From: Octopus sinensis
Taxonomy: Eukaryota
Reading direction: 5' to 3'
Length of the DNA: 64,000 nucleotides
Assembly (NCBI RefSeq): GCF_006345805.1
Contig: NC_043013.1
Coordinates: 50,592,001-50,656,000 of the forward strand
The position numbers were made by a program, and so were the translations under genes. Below the pieces are notes generated by a model, which saw nothing but the letters and a program-made list of their open reading frames with translations, had not been told where the DNA came from and did not search any database. This document shows, in pieces, positions 52,381-64,000 of this stretch (within the stretch, counting starts at the first letter, position 1; each line of letters starts with the position of its first letter).

Positions 52381-53239
52381 GCAAAGGTTACTCAGTCTTG
52401 TGCACCCAGTGAAAGAATATACGAATAAAGGTATAATCGATTATTTCCCATTTGGTATGGATGGTAAAAATTGAAATGATTTTCTTATAGTACCATGATG
52501 TTACTCCATATCTTTGATTGAGTTAATTCTACAATTCTAGTATTGGCAAACTAAATACCTGTAATATCATGGGCTTCAAAGAATGAAGCTTAATGGGAGG
52601 GTTAACGTGAACCACTTGCTGTTTTCCCAAATATTGATGATGATAAGAATGATAATAATAATAATGGGTGCTCTGTAAGCAAAATAAGTATTCATTCCCT
52701 TATAAGGAAATAAGCAATTTACATTCCACAGAATTAGCTGTTTTGGTAAAAAATAAATCTCTTGTTTGCATGTATGCAAACTTGCTTTCATGTTATTATG
52801 TGTATATATATATATATATATAAATGTATGTGTATGTTTGTATAGATGTATATATATATATATATATATTTATGTATGTATATGTATGTATATATATATA
52901 TATGTATATGTATATATATATATATGTGTATATATGTATATATGTATGTATGTATATATATGTATATGTATATATTTATGTATATATATATGCATATATA
53001 TATATATACATATATGTATGTATATATATATGCATATGTATATATATGTATATATATATATATATGTATGTATAGATGTATGTGTGTTTATATGTTTTTA
53101 TGTATGAATATATGTATGTGTGTATACAATATATATGTGCATATATATATGTATGTATGTGTTTATATATATATGTGCGTATATATATATATATATATAT
53201 TACATGTGTGTATATATGTATTTGTATATATATATATTA

Positions 53240-53277
<38 letters not shown>

Positions 53278-53345
53278 TATATATATTCTTGTATATTTGT
53301 GTATATATATGTTTGTGTAGGTGTATATATATTTATGTGTACATA

Positions 53346-53399
<54 letters not shown>

Positions 53400-54911
53400 A
53401 AATACACATAATGCACACATGCATGTACACACGTGTTCTCACATGTAACGAATACGTACTGAAATTGTAAGCAAAGTAAAAATGGTAAATAAATGCCATG
53501 ACCTGGGGACAGAATGATATTGCAGAACGAGACATTGGCAGCTGAGCAGACTTGTGTGTGTATGCATGTATGTGTGCAGGCATGTGCATGCTTGTGTGTG
53601 CATGTGTGTATGTTTGCATGTGTTGACGGAGAAGTCTGGTTGTCGTGTAAACCGTATGGTGTTGAAAAGATGTGTGGAGCATTTATCTGCTTTTGACAAC
53701 GATTGTACAAAGCATGTGCGATGGGTGTTTGAGGATTTCTTCGTAGCTATTGGAGTCTGAGATGGCAGAAGAGGAAAACATGCAGAACTTGAAGCAAGAC
53801 ATGATGGAAATGGAATGAAGATGATGGTGGCTGTGGAGACAGCGATGGCAGTTGTGTAATAGGAATCTAATTGCTGAAATGAATATGGATGTATTTCTAA
53901 TGTGTCTGGAGAATTTAATGAGCAACGTGAACTGGTTGATAAAGGGAAAAACGAAAGTCTTTGAGATAATGGAACTGTGAGAGGAGAACCAAACTTACGT
54001 GGGTGGTTTGAATTGTAAAAGATTAAGGGAATGAAGAATGAAGAATCGTGACAAGAACTGGTATCTGACAAGGAAATGGGTAGAAATATTTAAATAGGAA
54101 CATGTTGCTAGGTGTAATTATCTAATTAATTTATGGTTTCATGGACAAGCGTTAAGAAACCAATTATATGTGTGTGTGTTTGTGTGTGTGCGTGTGTGTA
54201 TGTGTACATGTGTTTTGTGTGTGTATGGGTGTTTTATATTACATATTTTTATATTTATTTTGGACTTTGATCAAAAGGAATTCTAGTAATTGCATTAATG
54301 ATTGATGATGATAATGATGACGATGATGAGGAAGATGATGACAATGATAATGATGACGATGATGATGACAATGATAATGATAATGACAACGATAATGATG
54401 ATGATGATGGCAATGCTGATGATGATTGATGCTGATAACAATGATGATGATGACGACGAGGATGATAATGATGATGACAACAGCGATGGCTATCTGGGTT
54501 CTGAGGTACAGTAGTTACCTCTTGGTGCACTGGGTCCTCATACTAGAGTTTGACTACCTGACAAGGGAACTCTTATGTGGTTGCAATATCTGTCTACTAG
54601 AAATAGCAGCTACATCTCCTTCAAATTTTACCCTTGTATACCACAGAAAAAAAAAATGGTTTTAGCTGGAATTTCTTTAATTGTATTTTGATCATATGTA
54701 CTATATATGCTCTGTGTATAAATACATCCTCATGTATAAATTACATTATAGTTTAGTGGGTGGTGGGATTGAACCAGGGCCTTGTGGTTAAGATGCAAGC
54801 TTCTTAACTACACTACAAAACTATACCAAAAGCATACATGATAGAATTACATGCATGCACATATACTTGTAACCACACATCTGTTTTGACATATAAACAC
54901 ATACATGTATA

Positions 54912-55172
54912 CATAGTCTGATCACTAAGTATCTGGACTGTTGCCATAGTAATGACGCTAAAGCACTCAGAGTGAAGCTGCTTGGTTAAAATTGACCTTG
55001 AACTCTGTTGTGCATGAACCGTAAGTTTTAACGTTTTAGCTCACTTCCACTGTTTACAGCAGTGCTTGGAAGGAAGGTGTGTAGTGTGTGATTGTTACAT
55101 CAACCATAACAGAGAAAGTTGAGCAGAAAATCTGCATCAAATTTTGCCAAAAGCTTAGCAATACCTACTCAG
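54912..55172 (+). mobile_element. 5' end of a mariner element (TIR plus transposase N-terminus)
   Basis: TA-CATAGTCTGATCACTAAGTATCTGGAC TIR-like start; TEKVEQKICIKFCQKL resembles mariner EQRxxIKFCxKLG. Confidence 0.7.
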
Positions 55173-55999
55173 ATAGAATAGCACCTGACTTATTCTTGTA
55201 CTTGTTTCAATTATTTGACTGCAGCCATGCTGGAGCACCACCTTTAGTCAAACAAATTGACCCAGGACTTATTCTTTGTAGGCCTAGTACTTATTCTATT
55301 GGTCGCTTTTGCCGAACTGCTAAGTTTTGGGTTGTAAACACACCAACATCAGTGGTCAAGCGATGGTGGGGGGATAGAACACACACACACTAATACATAC
55401 ATACATATATATATACGATGAGCTTCTTTCAGTTTCCATTTACCAAATCCACTCACAAGGCTTTGGTCGGCCCAAGGCTACAGTAGAAGACACTTGCCCA
55501 AAGTGCCACACAGTGGGACTGAACCTGGAACCATGTGGTTGGTAAGCAAGCTTCTTACCACATAGCCACGCCTGCACCAAAAAGAAAAAGCGAAAAAGAA
55601 ATGTGTAGGAATTGATTTGCTTGACTAAACACTTCATGACTGCCCCAGCTTGGCCGCAGCAAAATGACTAAAACAAGTGAAACACAAATTGAATGAAGAT
55701 ACCATTTTGATAACGAGCAAACGAGGAAGTTATTTTACTGCGTCACTCAAGGTTCTTTATTTTCTCTTCTGTTTTATTTGTTTCTGTCATTAGCCTGTGG
55801 CCATTCTGGGGCACTGGCTTGAAGAATTTTAGCCAAATGAATTGACCTCCGGACAATTTTTTTTTTTAAGCCTCGCGCTTATATTGTATTGGTCTGTTTT
55901 GCCAAACTGTTAAGGTATGGGGACATGAACACACCAGCACCAGTGGTGGTGGTGGTGGAGGGGAGAAACACAGACACAAAGACACACACATAAATATAA

Positions 56000-56035
<36 letters not shown>

Positions 56036-56355
56036 ACACACACACACATGACAGGCTTCTTTCAGATTCCGTCTACCAAATCCATTCACAAGGCTTTGGT
56101 CAGCCGAGGCTATATTAGAAGACACTTGTCCAAGATTTCATGCAGTAGGACTGAACCTGGAACCATGTGGTTGGGAAGCAAGCTTCTTACCACACAGCCA
56201 TGCCTGTGCCTATATATGAATATATATCCAGACGTGATCAATGCCAGGTCTGCCTGACTGGCTCCTGTGCCAGTAGCACGTAAAAAGCACCCACTACAGA
56301 CTCGGAGTGGTTGGCTTTAGGAAGGGCATCCAGTTGTAGAAACATTGCCAGATCA

Positions 56356-56797
56356 CGTAGGAGTGGCTGTGTGGTAAGTAGCTTGTTTACTAACCACATG
56401 GTTCCAGGTTCAGTCCCAGTGCGTGGCACCTTGGGCAAATGTCTTCTACTATAGCCTCGGGCTGACCAAAGCCTTGTGAGTGGATTTGGTAGATGGAAAC
56501 TGAAAGAAGCCTGTCGTCTATATGTATGTGTGTATATGTTTGTGTGTCTGTGTTTGTCCCCCCCCCCTGCAACATCGCTTCACAACCGATACTGGTGTGT
56601 TTACGTTCCCGTAACTTAGAGGTTCGGCAAAAAGAGACCGATAGAATAAGTACTAGGCTTACAAAGAATGTGTACATGTGCATACTAAGCTTACAAAGAA
56701 TAACTCCTGGAGTTGATTTGCTTGATCGACTAAAGGCGGTGCTCCAGCATGGCCACAGTCAAATGACTGAAACAAGTATATGAGTAAAAGAGAGTGA
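56356..56797 (+). mobile_element. CORE-like SINE nested in an RTE 3' UTR
   Basis: Host sequence breaks at GCCAGATCA and resumes at AGATCAGATTGGAGCC, duplicating AGATCA. Confidence 0.85.
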
Positions 56798-58912
56798 GAG
56801 ATCAGATTGGAGCCTGCTGCAGCTACTGGCTCTCCAGACCTCGTTCAAACTGTCCAACCCATGCCAGCATGGAAAACGGACATTAAACGATGATGATGAT
56901 GATATGGGTGAACACACAGACACACACATGCCATAGGCTTCTTTCAGTGTTTGTTTTTGAAATCCATTCGCAGGGCTTTGGTCAGATGTGTAGCTATAGC
57001 AGAAAACACTTGCCTAAGGTGCCATGCAATGGGACTGAACCTGGAACCATGTGGTTGGGAGACAAACTTCCTACTACACAGCCAATTAATTGAAACATAT
57101 AAGCACCGTACTTAATTAAGAATTTGATTGCGAAATGGTTAAAGGCAGGTGGATATTAATTGAGGTAAGTTTAGCTAAAACATTAAGCAGGCGTCATAAC
57201 TAGGTGCAAACTAGCAAATACCTTGTTTTGTTTATCCTCTCAGTGATTGATTTGCTTACATAGCAGTTAAATCCCTTTATCAGGAGATGCATTATTATAA
57301 TGCGGCCTCCGAAACCAATGTATTTTGACTGTGTAGAATTGGTCTGTTATTTTGCCAACGCTTAATGGTTAGTGTCTGTGAATTGTTATTATTCCGACAC
57401 AATGTGACATAATGACATCGACTCATTCTTTATTTGTCTATTACTTTACATTCTTTGATATATGTGTGTGTGTGTGTGTGTCTGTGTATGCGTGCATGTG
57501 TATATGTGTGTGTATGTATATATATATGCATGCATATATATATATGTGTGTGTATATATATATGTGTGTAGGTGTTTATATACATATTGTGTGTGTGCAT
57601 GTATATATGTGTGTGTGTATATATATATATGTGTGTGTATATATATGTGTGTAGGTGTTTATATACATATTGTGTGTGTGCATGTATATATGCATGCATA
57701 TATATATATGTGTGTATATATATGTGTGTAGGTGTTTATATACATATTGTGTGTGTGCATGTTTATATATATATATATATATGTGTGTGCGTGTATATAT
57801 ATATGTGTGTATATATATGTGTGTATGTATGTATATATATATATATATGTAGGTGTATATATGTGTGTGTCCATGTATATATATGTTTGTGTATGTGTAC
57901 GTATAATTATATTTAGTATGTGTATGTATATATGTGTATATCATATGAATGTGCATGTATATATGCATGCATATATATAGATATGCATCTATATATGTAT
58001 GCATGTATATATATATGTATGTCTAAGTATGTATATATGTATGTATGTGTATATGTATGTATGCATGTGTATATATATATGTATGTCTATGTATGTATGT
58101 ATGTATTTATGTGTATATGTATGTATTTATGTATATATATATGTATGTATGTATACATATGTATGTGTGCATATATGTGTGTATATATATGTATGTGAGT
58201 GTATATATATGTATGTGTATATGTGTACGTGTATGCATACATGTCCATATGTTTATATATGCAAATATATATATATATATATATAATACACACACACACA
58301 GAAATAGTTCTCTCTCCCACTCACACACACATACACGCACACACGCACATATATATATATGTATTTGTGTTTGTTGTCTTCTTGTTTGTTTGTTGATGTT
58401 TACACTTCCATTAAACCAACTTGTCGTCTGAGTGCGTCAATAAGAGCAACGTCTCTCCATCCAGATGGCAATAATTCAGCCGAGCGTTGTAAGCAAAGAT
58501 CCTGTGAAGCGGCTTGATATTGGAAAAGAAGCCATGAATAGCTTAGCGACTTATTTAAGAATGTTGGTCAATGCTGGTGGAAATATTCTTTTGCTTTTTC
58601 TTTGTTTGGATAGCGTCAAACTGAGAGGTGTCGAATGGCTTAAAAGGTCTTTGGAGATGAATAATAATAATAGTAATAATAATAATAATAAAAATTACAA
58701 ATACGAAAACACATGACAATGAAAAGAGAGAAGTTTTTTTTTTCTGTCTCTCAGGACTTTTTAAACATCATCTACTCAGCGCATTAGTTTTAGTTTTACT
58801 GAAGAATTATTTTAAAGAAAAGAAGGCATCAAATAATAATAATAATAATAGTATTATTGATAATAATATGTTATTAATAATAATGGTAATAGATATTACT
58901 AATAATACTGCG

Positions 58913-58945
<33 letters not shown>

Positions 58946-59393
58946 GCTAATAATAATAATGACGATGATAATGATTTTTTTTTTTTGGTAAAACGTATTC
59001 TTATGTGTCACTGGAAGCATTCTGCTAATAATTAGCTTTTATTTTCCAGAAGAGCTCATTCCAAACATGATTTTACAAATTCACATGAATTTATATGATT
59101 TCTTGGTGGTTTTTGGTTTCAGTAGAAATCTTCAGACTGATGCACATAATGCAACAAATATACAAAAGCAACAACAGTGGCAAGAACAAGAACAAGAACA
59201 ACAACAACAATAGCAATAACAAGAAGTACAGTAATAGATATTTGTCTACTTGTTCTGTTTTTAGTAGAGTGAACATCAATTATACTGCTCTGTTAATTAT
59301 GGTATTCAATAATTTCTGCTAATATTGAAATCTAATATTTTGATGTATTTCATAGAAATGACAACAGATATATATATACATACATACACACAC

Positions 59394-59469
<76 letters not shown>

Positions 59470-59727
59470 CTCAAGAATGTCATGTCATGTCTCACCCAAA
59501 TAACGTTCATTTTATGCAGGCATATGCGTACACATGCACACTTACATAGACACATGCAGGCATGTATACAAACATGCACTCACATGGAGGCATACACACG
59601 TACATGTGAGTGCATGTATGTACACATGCACACAACACACATCATTTCCAGAGGCAAACTTTCTCTCCAAGAAATTTCTTCTTTCAAATGAATAATTTTT
59701 TTTTCCTTGCAATGTTTGCTACACAAT

Positions 59728-59763
<36 letters not shown>

Positions 59764-60964
59764 GGCATAGGCATGGCTGTCTGGTAAGGAGCTTGCTTCC
59801 CAACCACATGGTTGTGAGTTCACGCCCACTGCACAGTACCTTGGGCAGATGCCTTCTGCTATAGCCTCAGGCCGACCAAAGCCATGTGAGCGGATTTGGT
59901 ATATGGAAACTGTTTGTCCCCTCCCCCATTATCACATGACAACCGATGTTGGTGCGTTTATGTCCCTGTAACTTAGCAGCAAAAGAGACTGAAAGAGACC
60001 GATAGAACAGTACTAGACTTGCAAAGAATAAGTCGTGGGCTTGATTTATTCAACTAAAGGCAGTGCTCCAGCATGGCCGCAGTTAAATGACTGAAACAAG
60101 TAAAAGAGTAAAAAAGTATATATGTAGGCACAGGCATGGCTGTGTGGTCAGAAGCTTGCTTCCCAACTACATGGTTCCAGGTTCAGTCCCACTGCATGAC
60201 ATCTTGGGCAAGTGCTTTCTACTACAGCCTTGGGCCAACCAAAGCCTTGTGAGTGGATTTGGTGGATGGAAACTGAAAGAAGCCTGTCGTTGTGGTGGTA
60301 GCATGTAGAAAACATCCACTACACTCTCGGAGTGGTTGGCGTTAGGAAGGGCATCCAGCTGTAGAAATCTTACCAAATCAGATTGGGGTCTGGTGCACCC
60401 TCCTGCTTGCCAGTTCTCAGTCAAACCAAAACGAAAAAAGTACTCTAACCAGTGAAAATTGAATATCATTTAATGTACATCATCATCATCATCGTTTAGC
60501 ATCTGCTTTCCATGCTAGCATGGGTTGGACGGTTCAACTGGGGTCTGGGAAGCCAGAAGGCTGCACCAGGCCCAGTTTGATCTGGCAATGTTTCTACGGC
60601 TGGATGCCCTTCCTAATGCCAACCACTCCATGAGTGTAGTGGGTGCTTTTTACGTGCCAGACGAGTCTGGCAAACGGCCACGATCGGATGGTGCTTTTTA
60701 TGTGCCACCGGCCACGAACGGATGGTGCTTTTTACGTGCCACCGGCACGAGGCCAGTCGGGGCGGCGCTGGCAACGGCCACATTCGGATGGTTCTCTTAC
60801 GTGCCACCGGCACTGGTAACTCAGCTGCAATTTCCATTGATCAATTTTGATTCTGATTTAGGGACATGCTACTTGAAGCCTTTGATGAAGTAGAAGGGGA
60901 TAGAGTATCACATGGGGTAGAAGGCAACTGGACGTTTCTAAGGGACAACCTGCTATAAAAATGC

Positions 60965-61173
60965 ATATCCTGGTTCACCTATTGTGGTGTATTATTTAAC
61001 CTTATATCTATTCCACTGTGGTGTCGTTTTGCATTTATAATGAATTAAATATATACAAATTATAAAAATAATTAAATAAAAATATTCAGTACAGTACTGT
61101 TTTTACTTCATGGATTTTCACCTATCACAGAGGGATTTGGATCATAGCACACACAATAGTCGAAGGATTACTG
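60965..61173. mobile_element. Second copy of the pogo-like MITE, inverted relative to 1404-1607
   Basis: Shares GCATTTATAATGAATTAAATATATACAAATTATAAAAATAAT and ends CGAAGGATTACTG. Confidence 0.7.
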
Positions 61174-61559
61174 GATTATATTTGACAGGATAATCTAAAT
61201 ACTAAAGGATTAATAGTTAAGCTACAGTTGTGAAGTTTTCTAAATTATTCCCTTTTTTCCTTTCATTTTTCATTCTCTCCCTCTCTCTCATTCTCTCTTT
61301 ATTTCCCTCTTTTCTCACTTCTGTCATTCTCTTTCTTCCTTGTCTGCTTCTACAATCTCTTTATCTCTCGCTGTCACTTTTCGCTTTGTTTTGTTGGTGC
61401 CGTGTAAAAGGCCCCCAGTTCACCCCGGTTAGCATTAAGAAAGAGCATCTAGCTGTAGAAGCCAGCCATGCCAAAACAGACAAATGAAGCCTGGTGCAAC
61501 CCTCCAGATTCTCAGCTCCTGTTGAACTGTAAAACTCATGTCAGCATAGAAGACAGATG

Positions 61560-61842
61560 TTAAATGACGATGACAATGATGATGACGACGACAATGACAA
61601 TCACGATGACGACGATGATGACGACGACGTCGACAATGGTGATGACAATAACGACATTGAAGATGATGATGACAGCGACGATGATGATGACGATGATGAC
61701 AATAATGATGACGACGATGATGATGACGATAACAACGATGATGACGACGACGACAACAATGATGATGATGATGACAATGATGATGACGACAATGATGATG
61801 ACGACGATGATGACAATGATGATGATGATGACGACGATGATT
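61560..61842. repeat. (GAT/GAC/AAT)n microsatellite expanded from an RTE tail
   Basis: Directly follows CAGATGTTAAAT, the family 3' end. Confidence 0.85.
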
Positions 61843-62468
61843 ATTTATCTTTCTCTCCTTCATCTCTTTCTCTTGCATTGTTCCTCTTCATCTCATTCTC
61901 ACTTCCATTTTTTTATCTATCTCCATCTCTCCCTCTCTCTCTCTCCCTATCAGTCCCAACCTCAATTTGACCCACCCCCTCGCCAACAAGAAAAGGAACT
62001 TAAAAACTAGATGAAAAAAAAATGTTAAATTTCACAAAAAAAAACACAGGAAATAAAAAAAGAAGTAACCCAGAATATTATGGAAGTGAATTAAAGTTTG
62101 GACTTTCTCCTCTTAAGGAAAAAAAAATTCAAAAAAACAATATCTGAAAAAAAATTAACAAAAAAAAATCAAAAATAGCAGTTTGTACATCTATCATTTA
62201 AAAGTGAATATAAATATGAAGAAAGGGGGAATAATGAAAAAAAAAAAAGAAAAAAATTTAAGAAAATAAAACACTCCCACATTTATAATAAAGAAAGAGA
62301 AATAAAGATTAATTTTTGTGAGACAATAATGAGATTAACCATTGTAAATTGTCACAATGGAGTTTGTTAATGGAAAATTGTTAGTTTAGGAATCCAATGA
62401 CCTTCACCTCCAAAAATGATTGCTTGCTGTCAACGGAACTTTAATAGGTGCCTGTGTACACAGACACA

Positions 62469-62506
<38 letters not shown>

Positions 62507-62568
62507 TGTATATATATATATATATATATATACATGTGTTTGTGTGTGTATATATTTATATATATATA

Positions 62569-62984
62569 GACGCAGGAGTGGCTGTGTGGTAAGTAGCTTG
62601 CTAACCAACCACATGGTTCTGGGTTCAGTCCCACTGCGTGGCATCTTGGGCAAGTGTCTTCTGCTATAGCCCCGGGCCGACCAATGCCTTGTGAGTGGAT
62701 TTGGTAGACGGAAACTGAAAGAAGCCTGTCGTATATATGTATTTATATGTATGTATGCGTGTGTATGTGTTTGTGTGTCTGTGTTTGTCCCCTAGCATTG
62801 CTTGACAACCGATGCTGGTGTGTTTATGTCCCCATCACTTAGCGGTTTGGCAAAAAGAGACCGATAGAATAAGTACTGGGCTTACAAAGAATAAATCTTG
62901 GGGTCGATTTGCTCGACTAAAGGCAGTGCTCCAGCATGGCCGCAGTCAAATGACTTAAACAAGTAAAAGAAGAAAAGAAGAAGA
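62569..62984 (+). mobile_element. CORE-like SINE, full length and little diverged
   Basis: All family blocks intact with CpGs retained. Confidence 0.9.
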
Positions 62985-63353
62985 ATATATATTCTTGGTG
63001 GTTATGGTGGTCTGGTCATGGTGATGATGATTATGATAGTGGTGGCGGTGGTGGTGGTAGTTCTTCTGGTGACGATGGTGGTGGTTGTGATGATGATCAT
63101 CATCACCATTCTCATCATTGAGGTCATTCTCATCATTATCATTATTGTTGTATGAAGCAGTGAGCTGGCAGAATTGTTAGCACGGTGGGCGAAATGCTTA
63201 GTGGAATTTTGCCCATCGCTATGTTCTGAGTTTGAATTCCACCTAGGTCGATTTTGCTTTTCATCCTTTTGGGGTTGATAAATTAAGTACCAGTGAAACA
63301 CTGGGGTCGATATAATCGACCAGTCCTGTCCCTCCAAATTTTAGGCCTTGTGT

Positions 63354-63767
63354 CTTTACTCTTTTACTTCTTTCAGTCATTTGACTGTGGCCATGCTGGA
63401 GCACAGCCTTTAGTCGAGCAAATTGACCTCAGGACTTATTCTTTGTAAGCCTAGTACTTATTATATTGGTCTCTTTTGTCAAACCGCTAAGTTACGGGGA
63501 TGTAAACACACCAGTATCAGTTGTCAAGTGATGTTGGGGGGGACAAACATATACATACACACATACATATATATGTATATATATATATATATATTATATA
63601 TATACGACAGGCTTCTTTCAGTTTCCATCTACCAAATCCACTCACAAGGCTTTGGTCGGCCCAAGGCTATAGTAGAAGGCACTTGCCCAAGGTGCCAAAC
63701 AGTAGGACTGAACCCAGTACCATGTGATTGGTAAGCAAGCTACTTACCACACATCCACTCTTACGCC
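63354..63767 (-). mobile_element. CORE-like SINE, full length
   Basis: Reverse-complement copy ~370 bp from 62569-62984. Confidence 0.9.
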
Positions 63768-63782
63768 TTTAGCAGAAAGAAA

Positions 63783-64000
63783 TATTATTATTATCATTTT
63801 ATGTTTGACTTTTGCTTTACATCTGTACAAGTTGGCTCCAAGTCTCATCCAGAGACCTCAAGCGACAACAAGTTAGAAGTTCATGCTAGTGTTATGCCTA
63901 GGGTGCCATATATTTGGTTTTGTACATAGTGTTGTTCTAGAGAATGTTTTAGAAACCATAAGAAAATTATGTGTTTGTTTTAAAATTTGAGATTACATAG
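63783..64000 (-). mobile_element. Probable 3' UTR of an R4/Dong-like LINE running off the window
   Basis: Minus strand TGAGGTCTCTGGATGAGACTTGGA followed by an A-rich end and an (AAT)n tail. Confidence 0.45.

Noticed and set aside
61557-62010. Poly-Asp (acidic biomineral-like) ORF
   Set aside because: Expanded (GAT/GAC)n tail of an RTE fragment; no signal peptide or exon structure.

Overview
AT-rich, repeat-saturated animal genomic DNA with no recognisable host protein-coding gene, so most likely an intron or intergenic region. The repeat repertoire (tRNA-headed CORE-like and Meta-like SINEs, (GAT)n-tailed RTE LINE ends, very long TA/TG/ATT/CT microsatellites) points to an octopus or other coleoid cephalopod (inference from recalled repeat families). 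Main features: (1) a structurally complete 4.3-kb Gypsy-type LTR element on the minus strand (2624-6904) with near-identical LTRs, a tRNA-Leu PBS and a PPT, whose pol is a degenerate mosaic with the RT catalytic core deleted in frame; (2) a DD37D maT transposon fossil carrying a nested DD34D mariner that ends in a 171-bp palindrome; (3) several hammerhead-ribozyme-like relics, one set in a 317-bp tandem repeat (retrozyme-like) and one in the loop of a ~400-bp fold-back; (4) a TTAA-flanked MITE-spacer-MITE dimer present twice in inverted orientation, plus a tandem array derived from a related MITE; (5) fragments of RTE, R4/Dong and Tx1/L1 LINEs and dozens of SINEs, many as close inverted pairs. 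Almost all ORFs in the supplied track are microsatellite or repeat artefacts. Family names come from motif recall, not database searches, and ends of degenerate repeats are approximate.
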